Source: an uncultured candidate division Zixibacteria bacterium (GTDB taxonomy: Bacteria > Zixibacteria > MSB-5A5 > GN15 > FEB-12). Taken from it: a stretch of 64,000 nt of DNA. Below the pieces are notes generated by a model. The model was not told the DNA's origin, did no database searches, and was given only the letters and a program-made list of their open reading frames with translations. Shown here in pieces: positions 40,707 through 51,635 of this stretch (position 1 is its first letter; the number at the start of each line of letters is the position of its first letter). The stretch covers positions 288,001 to 352,000 of the forward strand of contig CAVTJJ010000003.1 of assembly GCA_963735035.1 (NCBI GenBank). The letters are read 5' to 3'. The position numbers and the translations under genes are program-made.

Positions 40707-40712
40707 TATGTC

Positions 40713-41744
40713 CTACTTCCCGAACAGCGACTTGCCGTCGGACTTCAGGTCCTTGCAGGCCTGCGCCACCCGCTCCGACATCCCCTTCTCAGCCGCCTTC
40801 AAATACGCCCGAGGATCAAACTTCTTCTTGTCCGCCATCTTCTCCGCCGAATGCGTCAGGTCTTTCTGGTTCTCGATCATGTGCTTGAGAATCGGCTGCG
40901 TGAAATGATACTGCGTGTCCGTGTCGACATTCATCTTCACCACGCCGTACTCAAGCGTCTCATGAATGTCCGCCAGCTCCGAGCCCGACCCGCCGTGGAA
41001 GACCAGATCGAACCGCGCCTGGTCACCGAACTTCTTCTTCAGCGCATCCTGGCCGTCGCGAAGGATTTTCGGCTTGAGCACCACATTCCCCGGCTTGTAG
41101 ATGCCGTGAACATTGCCGAACGTCGCGGCGACCATGTAGCGACCGCCCACCGGCTTGAGCGCTTCGTACACTTTCACCATGTCTTCCGGCGTCGTGTAGA
41201 GCTTCTCTTTGCCGACCGACGTGTTGTCGAGACCGTCTTCTTCGCCACCAACCACACCGATTTCGACTTCGAGAATTATGTCAACCTCTTTGCACGCCTT
41301 GAGAAGATCGACCGCCATCTTCATGTTCTCGCCGATAGCGAGCTCGGACCCGTCGAACATGTGCGACTGGAACAGAGTGTTCTGCCCGGCGGCGTGCAGC
41401 GCGGCGGACGCCTCGATCAGCGGCTTGACAAACGCATCCCACTTCTTCGGCACGCAATGGTCGGTGTGCATGGCTACGAAGATCTTGTAGTGCTCGGCCA
41501 TCCGATGCACATGCTCGGCGATAGACATCGCCCCCTCGGCCATGTTCTTGACATTGAGCCCCGACGCAAACTCGCCACCGCCGGTCGAGACCTGGATGAT
41601 CCCGTCGGAACCGGAATCGGCGAATCCTTTCAGCGCGGCGTTGGCGGTTTCGGTCGAGGTGACGTTGATCGCCGGGAAGGCGTAGTGTTTCGCCTTCGCG
41701 ACGTCAAGCATCTGGCGGTATATTTCAGGTGTTGCTACCGGCAT
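40713..41744 (-). CDS. fbaA: Class II fructose-bisphosphate aldolase
   Basis: HTDHC, SHMFDGS, FGNVHGIYKPG, VFHGGSG, KMNVDTD. Confidence 0.95.
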   Translation of the reverse strand: MPVATPEIYRQMLDVAKAKHYAFPAINVTSTETANAALKGFADSGSDGIIQVSTGGGEFASGLNVKNMAEGAMSIAEHVHRMAEHYKIFVAMHTDHCVPKKWDAFVKPLIEASAALHAAGQNTLFQSHMFDGSELAIGENMKMAVDLLKACKEVDIILEVEIGVVGGEEDGLDNTSVGKEKLYTTPEDMVKVYEALKPVGGRYMVAATFGNVHGIYKPGNVVLKPKILRDGQDALKKKFGDQARFDLVFHGGSGSELADIHETLEYGVVKMNVDTDTQYHFTQPILKHMIENQKDLTHSAEKMADKKKFDPRAYLKAAEKGMSERVAQACKDLKSDGKSLFGK

Positions 41745-41792
41745 AATTTAGTCTCCATCCGTCTATCAAAAATCCGTTTAGTATTCATATCC

Positions 41793-44468
41793 CTATGACT
41801 TGGCCAACTGGCGAAGGACCATCTGAAGAATCCCGCCATGGCGATAATATTCGACTTCGATCTTGGTATCTATGCGCGCTTTCATCTGGAACTTTAGCTC
41901 GCCGTCGCCGCCGAGCGCCCGGACCGTCACCATCTGGCCCGGCTTCATGTTGTTCGAGAGGCCTTCGATCGTGAACAACTCGTCCCCTTTGAGGCCGAGC
42001 GATTCCCTCGACTCACCTTTGACGAACTCCAATGGAAGCACGCCCATGCCCACCAGATTGGAGCGGTGAATTCGTTCGTAGCTTTGCGCCAGAACCGCTC
42101 TTACTCCGAGCAGCATCGTGCCCTTGGCGGCCCAGTCACGCGACGAGCCCATGCCGTAGTCTTTACCGGCAATGATAACGAGCGGCGTTTCTTTCTCGGC
42201 GTAGTGCATGGCCGCATCGTAAATCGACATGGTTTTCCCATTCGGGAAGAATCTGGTGACGCCACCTTCGGTGCCCGGTACAAGCTGATTGCGAAGGCGG
42301 ATGTTGGCAAACGTGCCGCGCGTCATGATGCGGTCATTGCCGCGCCGCGAGCCGTACGAGTTGAAATCGGCGAACTGGACGCCGTGTTTGAGAAGATACG
42401 TTCCCGCCGGAGAATCGGCCTTGATCGAACCGGCCGGAGAGATGTGATCAGTCGTCACTGAATCGCCCAGCGACGCCAGACAGACGGCGTCGCGGATCGG
42501 CTGCACGTCGCCCGGATCCTTCTTCATCCCAACAAAGAAGGGCGGGTGCTGGATGTAAGTCGACTTGTCATCCCATGAATAGATTTCGCCAGTGGGTGAC
42601 TTGATCGCATTCCAGACCGCGTTGGCATTGAATACCGAGGCATATTCTTTAGCGAACAGCTCGCCCGTGACGTTCTTGCTGACCACATCCATGACTTCTT
42701 TTTCGCTCGGCCAGATATCTTTGAGGAAGATCGCCTCGCCTTTGTCGTTCGTCCCGAGAGGTTCAGTAGTCAGATCGATGTCTATCGTTCCGGCGAGTGC
42801 AAACGCCACGACGAGCGGCGGTGACGCCAGGTAATTAGCTTTTGTGTTCGGGCTGACACGTCCCTCGAAGTTCCGGTTACCGGAAAGCACCGCGGCCGCG
42901 ACCACATTCCCCTGATTGATCGCCTGAACGACTTCGTCCGGAAGCGGTCCGGAGTTGCCAATGCAGGTGGTACAACCGTAGCCGACGTTATTGAACCCGA
43001 GCCTCTTGAGCGGTTCGATCAGGCCGGCCTTCTCCAGATAGGCGGTGACCACTCTCGATCCGGGAGCCAGCGAGGTCTTAACGTACGGCTTGGTCTTCAA
43101 CCCGAGAGCAACCGCCTTCTTGGCCATCAAGCCCGCGGCGACCAGCACGAATGGATCGGACGTATTCGTACATGACGTAATCGCCGCGATGACTACGGCG
43201 CCGTGATGGATCTCGGCTTTGTAGCCATCGTTGATAACACCTTTGTCGTCGAGTGCTCCGGCGGCCAGTTCGTAGCCACGATCTTTGATCGGCTTGGTCA
43301 GGCTGGCTTCGAAATCGGTCTTGATCGTTGTGAGCGACACGCGATCCTGAGGCCGTTTCGGACCGGCCAGCGACGGTTCAACTTTCGAGAGGTCGAGTTC
43401 GAGGGTCGAGGCAAACTTCGGCGCCGCCGAACCTTTGTCGCGGAACAACCCCTGTTCCTTGCAGTAACGTTCGACAAGTTCCACTTCGTCGGGTGTACGT
43501 CCGGTCATCTTAAGATACGCCAATGTGCCGTTATCTACCGGGAAATAGCCCATCGTCGCGCCGTACTCGGGAGCCATGTTGGCGACCATCGCCTTGGTCG
43601 GGAGAGAAATCTCGTCCAGGGCCGGACCGAAGAATTCGACAAACTTCCCCACCACGCCGTGCTTGCGCAGCATCTGTGTGACAGTCAGCACGAGATCGGT
43701 GCCAGTAACGCCTTCGGAGAGTTTCCCGGTCAGTTTGAATCCGACCACTTCCGGCATGAGCATGTACAGCGGCTGGCCAAGCATACAGGCTTCGGCTTCA
43801 ATTCCGCCCACGCCCCAGCCGACCACGCCGAGACCGTTGATCATTACTGTGTGGCTGTCGGTGCCGACCAGAGTATCCGGGTATGCCACGCCGTCGTTGG
43901 TCCAGACTACTTTAGCGAGGTATTCCAGGTTGACCTGATGGCATATCCCGGTGGCAGGCGGGACGACCCGGAAATTGGCGAACGACTTCTGTCCCCAGTG
44001 AAGAAACTCATACCGCTCCCGATTGCGCTCAAACTCTTTTTCCATGTTGAGGCGAAGGGAATCGTCCGACCCGAACGAATCGACCTGCACTGAGTGGTCG
44101 ATGACCAGATCCACCGGCACGAGCGGGTTGATCTTCTTCGGGTCACCCTTCATGGTTTTCATCGCGGTTCGCAGGGCAGCCAGATCAACTACCGCCGGGA
44201 CGCCGGTGAAATCCTGAAGGAGTACGCGGGCCGGTTTGAAGGGGATCGTAATTTCCGATACTTTGGTCGGGTTGTAACCGGTCGCCGCGATGACATCGTC
44301 CTCGGTGATTATTTTTCCATCGACATTGCGCAGCAACGCTTCGAGAAGTATGCGTATCGAGTACGGCAACTGGTCTATGTGACCGTGTTTCGAGAGGCTG
44401 GACAGCTTATAAAAGGAATATTTACCTGCTTTGGTGCTGAGACTGGCTTTGGCATTGAACGGATCCAT
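41793..44468 (-). CDS. acnA: Aconitate hydratase A
   Basis: [57 protein letters not shown]. Confidence 0.98.
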   Translation of the reverse strand: MDPFNAKASLSTKAGKYSFYKLSSLSKHGHIDQLPYSIRILLEALLRNVDGKIITEDDVIAATGYNPTKVSEITIPFKPARVLLQDFTGVPAVVDLAALRTAMKTMKGDPKKINPLVPVDLVIDHSVQVDSFGSDDSLRLNMEKEFERNRERYEFLHWGQKSFANFRVVPPATGICHQVNLEYLAKVVWTNDGVAYPDTLVGTDSHTVMINGLGVVGWGVGGIEAEACMLGQPLYMLMPEVVGFKLTGKLSEGVTGTDLVLTVTQMLRKHGVVGKFVEFFGPALDEISLPTKAMVANMAPEYGATMGYFPVDNGTLAYLKMTGRTPDEVELVERYCKEQGLFRDKGSAAPKFASTLELDLSKVEPSLAGPKRPQDRVSLTTIKTDFEASLTKPIKDRGYELAAGALDDKGVINDGYKAEIHHGAVVIAAITSCTNTSDPFVLVAAGLMAKKAVALGLKTKPYVKTSLAPGSRVVTAYLEKAGLIEPLKRLGFNNVGYGCTTCIGNSGPLPDEVVQAINQGNVVAAAVLSGNRNFEGRVSPNTKANYLASPPLVVAFALAGTIDIDLTTEPLGTNDKGEAIFLKDIWPSEKEVMDVVSKNVTGELFAKEYASVFNANAVWNAIKSPTGEIYSWDDKSTYIQHPPFFVGMKKDPGDVQPIRDAVCLASLGDSVTTDHISPAGSIKADSPAGTYLLKHGVQFADFNSYGSRRGNDRIMTRGTFANIRLRNQLVPGTEGGVTRFFPNGKTMSIYDAAMHYAEKETPLVIIAGKDYGMGSSRDWAAKGTMLLGVRAVLAQSYERIHRSNLVGMGVLPLEFVKGESRESLGLKGDELFTIEGLSNNMKPGQMVTVRALGGDGELKFQMKARIDTKIEVEYYRHGGILQMVLRQLAKS

Positions 44469-44612
44469 GTATGACTCCTGCGTAAAAGACTAAACCAAAT
44501 TTATAACCCAGCGTTAATTATAGGCCGCTATTTGGGGGATTTCAAGGTTTGCGGACAGATTTTTGATCTAGGCCCTTGACTGGAGGCAAATCGTAGCGTT
44601 TCTCTGGTAGTT

Positions 44613-45506
44613 ATGTTCGTGAAACGTTTGTCAGCAAACGAGTTGGTGATCGGAACACCGGCCAAGGTGAATCTGGACCTCCACGTATTGGGGCGCCGCC
44701 CGGACGGCTACCACGATATCGACTCGCTCTTCCAGGCGGTTTCTCTCTTCGACCGACTCCGATTCTACCGCGAACCTGACACAAACGGAGTGACGTTAAC
44801 TGTCACTAACCGTTCTGACCTGCCGACTGACGACTCCAACCTGGTCTCGAAAGCCTTCCACCTGATGAAGAGCCGCTTTGGTCTCGAGGGCGGGCTGGAA
44901 GTCGAGCTCGAAAAGAATATCCCCATCGCCGCCGGTCTGGGGGGTGGGTCGGCCGACGGCGCCGCCACGATTTTGGCTTGTCGGGACCTGTTCGACCTGC
45001 CTCTGAAAGCGGCTGAAATGGCCGAATTGTCGGCTGAAATCGGGTCGGACCTGCCGTTTTTCTTCTCCTCCGGGCAGGCCCATGTGACCGGTCGGGGTGA
45101 AATTATCGAAGATATCGAATTGCCTATTGACTACTGGATGGTTCTGGTGACGCCGCCGATCGCGGTTTCGACCGCTGAAGCTTATGCCGCTCTTAGATTG
45201 CCCTTGACAAGAAGTGCCTCCCCCCGTACTTTTCGGGGCTGGAAAGTGCCCGGGGACTTCCTTAACTGGTTGTCCAACAGTGGCAACGATTTCGAACGGG
45301 TCCAGACAACCGCTTTCGAGCAATTGCAGAAAGCGAGAAACGACCTGATGGACAACGGGGCGTTGTTGGTCCGAATGAGTGGCTCCGGTCCAACGGTCTT
45401 TGGAATATATGGCAACGCGCCTGACATTGCAGGCGACAGGGTACTTGGCAGAAGCGACTGGACGACAGTGGTCGTAAGACCGATCCGGTTGCCTGCGCCA
45501 CTTTAG
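44613..45506 (+). CDS. ispE: 4-diphosphocytidyl-2-C-methyl-D-erythritol kinase
   Basis: PAKVNL, RPDGYH, KNIPIAAGLGGGSADGA, MSGSGPTVF. Confidence 0.95.
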   Translation: MFVKRLSANELVIGTPAKVNLDLHVLGRRPDGYHDIDSLFQAVSLFDRLRFYREPDTNGVTLTVTNRSDLPTDDSNLVSKAFHLMKSRFGLEGGLEVELEKNIPIAAGLGGGSADGAATILACRDLFDLPLKAAEMAELSAEIGSDLPFFFSSGQAHVTGRGEIIEDIELPIDYWMVLVTPPIAVSTAEAYAALRLPLTRSASPRTFRGWKVPGDFLNWLSNSGNDFERVQTTAFEQLQKARNDLMDNGALLVRMSGSGPTVFGIYGNAPDIAGDRVLGRSDWTTVVVRPIRLPAPL

Positions 45507-45523
45507 ACGACAGGGGCAACAGC

Positions 45524-45793
45524 GTGGAGATCACTGAGATCAGAGTGACCCTCCGGGATGAGGAGAAGCTCAGAGGATTCGCCAACGTGACCTTCGATAA
45601 TTGCTTCGTGATACGAGGCATGAAAATTATCCAGGGCACGACCGGGTACTTTGTATCGATGCCGAGCCGAAAGAGGCCGGACGGTACCCATCAGGACATC
45701 GCACACCCGGTAAATCGGGACATGCGAACGATGATTGAAAAGGCGGTGCTGGAAGCTTACGAAAAGGAGCTCCGCGAGCAAAGCACGGAGTAG
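45524..45793 (+). CDS. spoVG: SpoVG family protein
   Basis: MEITEIRV...FVSMPSRK...DIAHPVN. Confidence 0.93.
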   Translation: MEITEIRVTLRDEEKLRGFANVTFDNCFVIRGMKIIQGTTGYFVSMPSRKRPDGTHQDIAHPVNRDMRTMIEKAVLEAYEKELREQSTE

Positions 45794-45819
45794 TCCCGGA
45801 CAGGACGGACCCGATTTAC

Positions 45820-45894
45820 TGGGGCGTCGTCAAGTGGTAAGACACCAGCCTTTGGAGCTGGCATTCCCAGGTTCGAATCCTGGCGCCCCAGCCA
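45820..45894 (+). tRNA. tRNA-Gln (anticodon TTG), CCA encoded
   Basis: TGGGGCG/CGCCCCA acceptor stem, D-loop AGTGGTAA, CCAGC-CTTTGGA-GCTGG anticodon arm, GGTTCGAATCC T-arm. Confidence 0.97.
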
Positions 45895-45981
45895 TATGCG
45901 ACTTTTACGACAAGGCCTGCTTTGCGATCGGCCACGACGGTCGCAAAACAGGTTTTGTTTCGAATAGCCCAGGCTTGCGAA

Positions 45982-46941
45982 ATGATAGTACGAAACGACA
46001 TCAAACTGGTGACCGGCACCTCCAATCCCGGATTGGCGCAGAAGATCGCCGCCTATCTGGAACTGCAGTTGGCCAACTGCTCGGTAACCCGGTTCAGCGA
46101 CGGCGAAGTTTTCGTCCAGATCAACGAGAATATCCGGGGCGCCGATCTGTTTATCATCCAGTCGACCAACCCGCCGGCCGAGAACCTGATGGAGCTGCTG
46201 ATGCTTATCGACGCTTCACGGCGGGCCTCGGCCATGCGCATCACCGCGGTGATTCCGTACTACGGCTACTCACGTCAGGAACGCAAAGACCGGCCGCGTG
46301 TTCCGATCACGGCCAAGCTGGCCGCCAACTTGATTACGACCGCCGGGGCTGATCGCATCCTGACTTTCGATCTCCATGCCAGTCCGATCCAGGGCTTTTT
46401 CGATCTGCCCCACGATCACTTGTATTCATCAAAGCTGTTTATCCCCTATCTGGCCGACTGGCACCTGAAAAATCTGGTGGTCGTTTCGCCGGATGTCGGG
46501 TCATTGAAGATGGCCCGCAGCACGGCTGAACAACTCCAGGCCGACCTGGCCATCGTTGACAAGCGCCGTCCGAGCCCCAATCAGTCGAAGGTGATGAACC
46601 TGATCGGCGAAGTTCAGGGGAAGAATATCATCATCCGCGACGACATGGTGGACACCGGCGGTTCGCTCTGTCAGGCCGCCGACTATCTGAAAGAGCGCGG
46701 CGCGCTCGAAATCTACGGCGCCTGTACCCACGGCGTGCTGAGCGGAAATGCGATTCAACGAATTGAAGAATCGCCCATTCGCAAGATGGTCGTCACCGAC
46801 TCGATCGACCAGTCTCACAAGCCGTTGACCGCAAAATTTGAAATTATATCCTGCTCGCACTTGATCGGGGAAACGATCCGACGGATTGCCGATGAAGAAT
46901 CGGTGTCCGTCATGTTCGACGAACCGAGCCTGCCGCTATAG
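45982..46941 (+). CDS. prs: Ribose-phosphate pyrophosphokinase
   Basis: RFSDGE, PYYGYSRQERK, DLHASPIQGFF, DDMVDTGGS. Confidence 0.96.
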   Translation: MIVRNDIKLVTGTSNPGLAQKIAAYLELQLANCSVTRFSDGEVFVQINENIRGADLFIIQSTNPPAENLMELLMLIDASRRASAMRITAVIPYYGYSRQERKDRPRVPITAKLAANLITTAGADRILTFDLHASPIQGFFDLPHDHLYSSKLFIPYLADWHLKNLVVVSPDVGSLKMARSTAEQLQADLAIVDKRRPSPNQSKVMNLIGEVQGKNIIIRDDMVDTGGSLCQAADYLKERGALEIYGACTHGVLSGNAIQRIEESPIRKMVVTDSIDQSHKPLTAKFEIISCSHLIGETIRRIADEESVSVMFDEPSLPL

Positions 46942-46977
46942 CGAAAATAAGAACGTCTATTTGGAGATAAAGAGAAA

Positions 46978-47718
46978 ATGAGAGAGATTCCAGTAACCCT
47001 TCAACACCGCCCCGGCACCGGCAAAGGCGTCGCGCGCCAGGCCCGTGCCGCCGGCCTGATACCGGGAGTCGTCTACGGTCCGGAGTTCACGCCGGTTTCG
47101 GTGACGGTTGAAGAGCGGGCCTTCCGCGCAGCCATGCGTCACGCCACCAAAAGCTCGATTCTGAATTTGAACCTCGATGGCAAAGAGACCAAAGCGGTCG
47201 TCCGCGAACTTCAGCGCGACCCGGTTTCCAACCGCGTCTTGCATGTCGATTTCCACGCCATCTCGATGACCAAGCCGATTCACGTCGCGATCCCGATTCA
47301 CTTCGTAGGCACTCCGATCGGCGTTAAGGTTGACGGCGGTATCATGCAGACGACCATGCGCGAAATAGAAATTTCGTGTTTGCCGACTGCCATTCCCGAA
47401 CACCTGCAGATCGACGTGTCCGAGTTGCACATTGGTGACTCGATTCACGTAAAGAATATCTCGGTGCCGGGAGCCACGATTATGGTCGATCAACAGCGCA
47501 CGATCGTAGTGATTTCCGCTCCGACCATCATCAAGGCCGAGGAAGTCACAGCTGAGGCTGCTGCCGCCGCTGAAGGCGAAGCCGCCGAAGGCGCTACTGC
47601 CGAAGGCGCTGCTGCTGCTCCGGCCGAAGGTGAAGCCGGCAAGGGTGATGCCAAGGCGGCCAAGGGCGATGCCAAATCTGCCAAAGGCGATGCCAAGTCG
47701 GATAAAGACAAGAAGTAA
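46978..47718 (+). CDS. rplY: 50S ribosomal protein L25 / Ctc
   Basis: GKGVARQAR, IPGVVYG, QRDPV..VLHVDF; follows prs. Confidence 0.95.
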   Translation: MREIPVTLQHRPGTGKGVARQARAAGLIPGVVYGPEFTPVSVTVEERAFRAAMRHATKSSILNLNLDGKETKAVVRELQRDPVSNRVLHVDFHAISMTKPIHVAIPIHFVGTPIGVKVDGGIMQTTMREIEISCLPTAIPEHLQIDVSELHIGDSIHVKNISVPGATIMVDQQRTIVVISAPTIIKAEEVTAEAAAAAEGEAAEGATAEGAAAAPAEGEAGKGDAKAAKGDAKSAKGDAKSDKDKK

Positions 47719-47746
47719 CCAACAGACTCGACTTAGTCTGGATTTC

Positions 47747-47776
47747 AAAAGGCCGTCCACAAGGACGGCCTTTTTT
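47747..47776 (+). terminator. Intrinsic terminator after rplY
   Basis: AAAAGGCCGTCC-ACAA-GGACGGCCTTTTTT. Confidence 0.88.
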
Positions 47777-47828
47777 GTCTCCTCGTCACACACTTCACAA
47801 AAAAAATACACAAAAGAATTCGCCTCCC

Positions 47829-47992
47829 CATTATCGAGTAATTACTCCACGCCGATAAGTAATCGTGGAAGTCGTCAGGACTGAAGCAGAGTAAGATCTA
47901 TCAGTCCGCGAACAACATTGACCACAGCCCGCCGAGTACTTGGCTGCCGAACCCGTGACCGGGGGACCTCTCGGACGGCATTCACACTACTC
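47829..47992 (+). promoter_or_regulatory. Sigma28-like promoter (-10 GCCGATAA at 47851) plus structured leader of MCP1
   Basis: GCCGATAA matches the FliA -10; stems GGACTGA/TCAGTCC, GAGTA/TACTC, TGCCG/CGGCA; collinear with 51221-51384. Confidence 0.55.
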
Positions 47993-48249
47993 AACAACTC
48001 AATCCTCAGGGCTTCAGACTCAAACAACCTCTATCGGCTCAAGGACCGATCTATGTCAGAGCCGGATTTGGCTTGAGGTCGAGAAACGATAGAGAATAAC
48101 CGACGAGTTTTCCGCCTCCCTCGGAATCGAGCGGTGAACCTTGCCCAAGACGCATGGCGCAACGCGTAGATCGAGCCGGAGTGCGAAGGTCAGGACTCGA
48201 GGCCCGAGTCCTATCGGAAGGTAGGAGAGATAACTTGGAGAAACAGACT

Positions 48250-50376
48250 ATGAAGATCAGAATGACACTGGGGCGCAAGATCATGCTGCTCGTCTTCTGC
48301 GTGCTATCGCTTTCGATTGCCGGCATCGCTGCGATAAGCATTTCTCAGTCCGGCACCCACATGACCAACCTGGCTAAAAACGATCTGGCTCATCTGGCGA
48401 CCATGGCCAACAGCATCTGCGCCATGAACGCCGAACAAACGAGGATGCGAGTAAAGTCCGACATGGCCGCTGCGAAAGCAGTGTTCGAAATGTCCAGTGG
48501 CAACAAAGTGGAAATCGAACAGGGTCAAATGGTTATCGGCGAAGGGAGCAAACAGTGGGTTGTCAACAATAGCACCGATTTCGTCGACCGGGTCACGGCC
48601 CAGACCGGCGCACGATGTACCATCTTTCAGAAGGATGGTGCCACCGCCCGACGCATCAGCACGTCAGTTGTCAACAAGGATGGGAACCGAGCGATCGGCA
48701 CTGAGATTTCCGCGGAAGTATACAAAGAGGTGTTCGATAACCGTCGACCGTATCAAGGTCGGGCCTGGGTAGTGAACGCGTGGTTTGTGACGGTCTATGA
48801 ACCGATTATGGACACCAACGGCGACATAGTGGGCGCCCTCTTCTGCGGCGTCCCGGAACAATCCAAGCTGCTCAGCGAGACGTTACTCGCGCAGAAGGTC
48901 GGCACTACCGGCTACATGTACGCCGTCAACTCTCAGGGAATCGCCCAAGTACACCCGACCAAGACCGGCGCCGGTCTGATGCAGTACGATTTCATCAAAG
49001 AAATGTGCACCAAAGGTCCGAATCTAAAGGGCGGCGAAATCGGCTGGATTGTCTATCCCTGGATAAACAAGGAGCTCGGTGAAACCACGGCGCGAGACAA
49101 GATCGTAGCCTACACCTACTTCAAGGATTGGGACTGGATCGTAGCCACCGAAAGCTACTTGGACGAGTTCACCGCGCCGGTAGCCCAAGTACGTGACGCC
49201 ATCTTAATCTTCGGTTTCATCTCCTTGCTAATCTCCCTATCCCTTGGGTTGTGGATGTCCCGCGGCATCACCCGTCCCGTGCATCGTCTCTTGAGTGTCG
49301 CCACCTCGGTGGCACAGGGCGACGTCTCCCGATCGGTGGAGGTACACTCGACCGACGAAATCGGTGAACTGGGACATTCATTCAATCAGATGGTGGTCTA
49401 TCTTCAGGAAGCCGCCACGGCAGCGGATCAAATCGCCAACAACAACCTCACCGTTCAAATCGCCCCCCGGTCGGACCAGGACACTCTGGGGCATTCGTTC
49501 CGCAAGATGACTGTGAATTTGACCAAAGTCGTCCGCGGACTGGGTGACAACGCGCATGGACTGCTCAGTGCGGCCAATGAAATCGCGGCTACTTCAGAGC
49601 AACTGTCGCACGGCGCGGCCGATCAGTCGACCCAGGTTGATCAGGTAGCGACCGCTATCGAAGAAATGAGTGCATCGATCGTACAAGCATCGAAGAACGC
49701 CGACTCGGCCACGGATACCTCACGCCACGCCGCTGATAATGCTTCCCGCGGTGGTGAAATCGTGTCGCAGACCATCCAGGGTATGCAGCGGATCACCGAT
49801 CAGGTAAGGATTTCGGCGGAATCAATAAGCGCTCTGGCAACTTCCGCCGACCGGATCGGCGAAATCATCAACGTTATTGACGACATCGCCGACCAGACCA
49901 ATCTTCTGGCTCTCAACGCCGCTATCGAAGCCGCCAGGGCCGGTGAACAGGGACGAGGATTTGCGGTGGTGGCCGACGAAGTCCGCAAGCTGGCGGAGCG
50001 AACCGGCAAAGCGACCGGCGAGATATCCGACATGATCAAAAGCGTCCAACGGCAAACGGCCGATGCGGTCAAAGCGATGGAAGAAGGAATCAAGCAAGTC
50101 GAGGGCGGACAAGAGCTCGCCGACCGGGCGGGTCAGTCACTGGGCGAAATCGTCTCCATGTCACAGCAAGTCATGCACATGGTAACAGAAATCGCCAGCG
50201 GTTCCAGCCAGCAGTCGGTTGCCGCTGCGAAGATTTCCACTAACGTTCAGCGAATCGCGACGGTAGTCAAAGAATCGGTGAAAGGCGCCGAGCAAGCCGC
50301 GGCGGCGGCCGAAGAATTGAACCGTCAGGCAGAATCCCTGAACAAGACGGTCGAGATTTTCAAATTTCAGAAATAG
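48250..50376 (+). CDS. Methyl-accepting chemotaxis protein with Cache sensor domains and HAMP
   Basis: TM-Cache (RISTSV...GNRAIGT, YEPI...GALFCG)-TM-HAMP; signalling hairpin [40 protein letters not shown]. Confidence 0.95.
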   Translation: MKIRMTLGRKIMLLVFCVLSLSIAGIAAISISQSGTHMTNLAKNDLAHLATMANSICAMNAEQTRMRVKSDMAAAKAVFEMSSGNKVEIEQGQMVIGEGSKQWVVNNSTDFVDRVTAQTGARCTIFQKDGATARRISTSVVNKDGNRAIGTEISAEVYKEVFDNRRPYQGRAWVVNAWFVTVYEPIMDTNGDIVGALFCGVPEQSKLLSETLLAQKVGTTGYMYAVNSQGIAQVHPTKTGAGLMQYDFIKEMCTKGPNLKGGEIGWIVYPWINKELGETTARDKIVAYTYFKDWDWIVATESYLDEFTAPVAQVRDAILIFGFISLLISLSLGLWMSRGITRPVHRLLSVATSVAQGDVSRSVEVHSTDEIGELGHSFNQMVVYLQEAATAADQIANNNLTVQIAPRSDQDTLGHSFRKMTVNLTKVVRGLGDNAHGLLSAANEIAATSEQLSHGAADQSTQVDQVATAIEEMSASIVQASKNADSATDTSRHAADNASRGGEIVSQTIQGMQRITDQVRISAESISALATSADRIGEIINVIDDIADQTNLLALNAAIEAARAGEQGRGFAVVADEVRKLAERTGKATGEISDMIKSVQRQTADAVKAMEEGIKQVEGGQELADRAGQSLGEIVSMSQQVMHMVTEIASGSSQQSVAAAKISTNVQRIATVVKESVKGAEQAAAAAEELNRQAESLNKTVEIFKFQK

Positions 50377-50403
50377 ACCTCCCCGTCTGTTAGAAGACTG
50401 CTT

Positions 50404-50437
50404 GAAGGCCGCCCAATCGGGCGGCCTTCTTCGTTTC
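50404..50437 (+). terminator. Probable terminator after MCP1
   Basis: GAAGGCCGCCC-AATC-GGGCGGCCTTC followed by a T-rich tail. Confidence 0.75.
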
Positions 50438-50682
50438 TGTTGAAAATTAATCAGCAAACTAGTCATGGCGATTTGTCACACCAATGTCACGGTCACACAG
50501 CTCGACACCTATGAACCGTGTTGAGAAAAGAATCCGTACAAATAAGTCCGGAAAAATTATGCGAAAATTGAATCCTATATTAGACGAAACTTGTCTGGTA
50601 TGCGTAAAAGCGATGGAAGATGTCGGAACAGCTGTTTGGACAAAGTAATTGTCAAACGTTCTTACCTCGCATGGAGGCCACA

Positions 50683-50976
50683 ATGTCTATCAAGCGTACT
50701 ACGACGATGTCTCCGGGCATGGAAAGCACCCAGCAAACGCGCAAGTTTGTGACGGAGCCTTTCAACGAGATAAACGAACCGGGTGTCTACTACAACCATG
50801 ACACGGGTTGGCTTTATCGCGTACCCGGCGAAATCCTCGCCCTCGGTCACAGTCCTCTGTTGAACATAGTTAGTGTCAACGAGACTTTCGTGACCAGAAT
50901 CTCAGATGATCCCTGGTTGCCGGTGAACAAAGCCCGGCAAATCTGCGCCAATATGGATCTGGCGGTGAATTTCTGA
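50683..50976 (+). CDS. Small hypothetical protein
   Basis: ATG at 50683 with GGAGG RBS; protein-like composition; no family recognised. Confidence 0.65.
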   Translation: MSIKRTTTMSPGMESTQQTRKFVTEPFNEINEPGVYYNHDTGWLYRVPGEILALGHSPLLNIVSVNETFVTRISDDPWLPVNKARQICANMDLAVNF

Positions 50977-51022
50977 AGCTGTCCCACTTAGAAACAGGGG
51001 CCCGTTGTTACGGGCACACTAG

Positions 51023-51068
51023 AACACCCGGTGCCCGGCGGATATGGACATCAGCCGAGGCACCCGGG
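51023..51068. repeat. Degenerate family A REP
   Basis: gtgcccggcggatatggacatcagccgaggcac. Confidence 0.6.
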
Positions 51069-51220
51069 TATATTTATCCGACGACTAATCGTTCGCCGGA
51101 AATGTAGCGATCTGCTATTTCATACTGAAACGAACTTGAAAGGCGACCCGTAAGGGTGGCTTTCTGCTGTTCGTGCTTGAACCATTTTCCGCCAAATCAG
51201 ATAAAATTGGACGATAAAGT

Positions 51221-51384
51221 CATTATTGAGCATCTACTCCATGCCGATATATTTCGATACGAGCCGTCGGGACTGAGTCATCATTGGACGTATTAGTCCC
51301 CGGCCGGCATTAGCCTTGGCCCGAAGAGTACGTGGTTGCTGAACCGGTGATCGGGGGAGCTCCCGATCGGCACTCACCATACTC
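51221..51384 (+). promoter_or_regulatory. Sigma28-like promoter (-10 GCCGATAT at 51243) plus structured leader of MCP2
   Basis: Same spacing and stems as the MCP1 leader, with compensatory and G-U changes. Confidence 0.55.
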
Positions 51385-51635
51385 GACCAATCGAACTGCA
51401 TGGCTCAGGGCCCAAGCGAATCACAAATATCAATGATCGGACCGACGTCTGAGCCGGAGTTGCCGGACGTTGTCATGCAACAGGCGCGACCCGTAGATGG
51501 TTCGATTCGCGCGCGCGGAAATGACCGCGGCGTGAAAGCGTATCGGTTTGCGCCTGACGAAACTGAAGCACTAGGACAGGAATGGAATGTCCGGCCCCGA
51601 AGGCCGGCGGTGAAGAAACCCGGGAGACACAAACC

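Noticed and set aside
40701..44474. Long plus-strand ORFs antisense to fbaA and acnA (e.g. 40701..41798, 43203..44093), and similar shadows over gcvPB, prfA, accC and rne
   Set aside because: These are antisense shadows of well-conserved genes, expected with GC-rich codon usage, and carry no recognisable motifs.
18408..45793. ytfJ/gerW, DUF2953 and spoVG as evidence of sporulation
   Set aside because: These families are widespread in non-sporulating bacteria, and there are no core sporulation genes in the window.
45820..45894. tRNA-Gln as an integration site for an island
   Set aside because: It lies in the conserved ispE-spoVG-tRNA-prs context; I saw no duplicated 3' end or integrase.
47934..47992. 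Calling the MCP leader a canonical c-di-AMP (ydaO) or c-di-GMP riboswitch
   Set aside because: Only part of the ydaO-like pattern is present, with no second pseudo-symmetric half, and the GEMM GCAAA/GAAA features are absent; kept only as an unknown motif.
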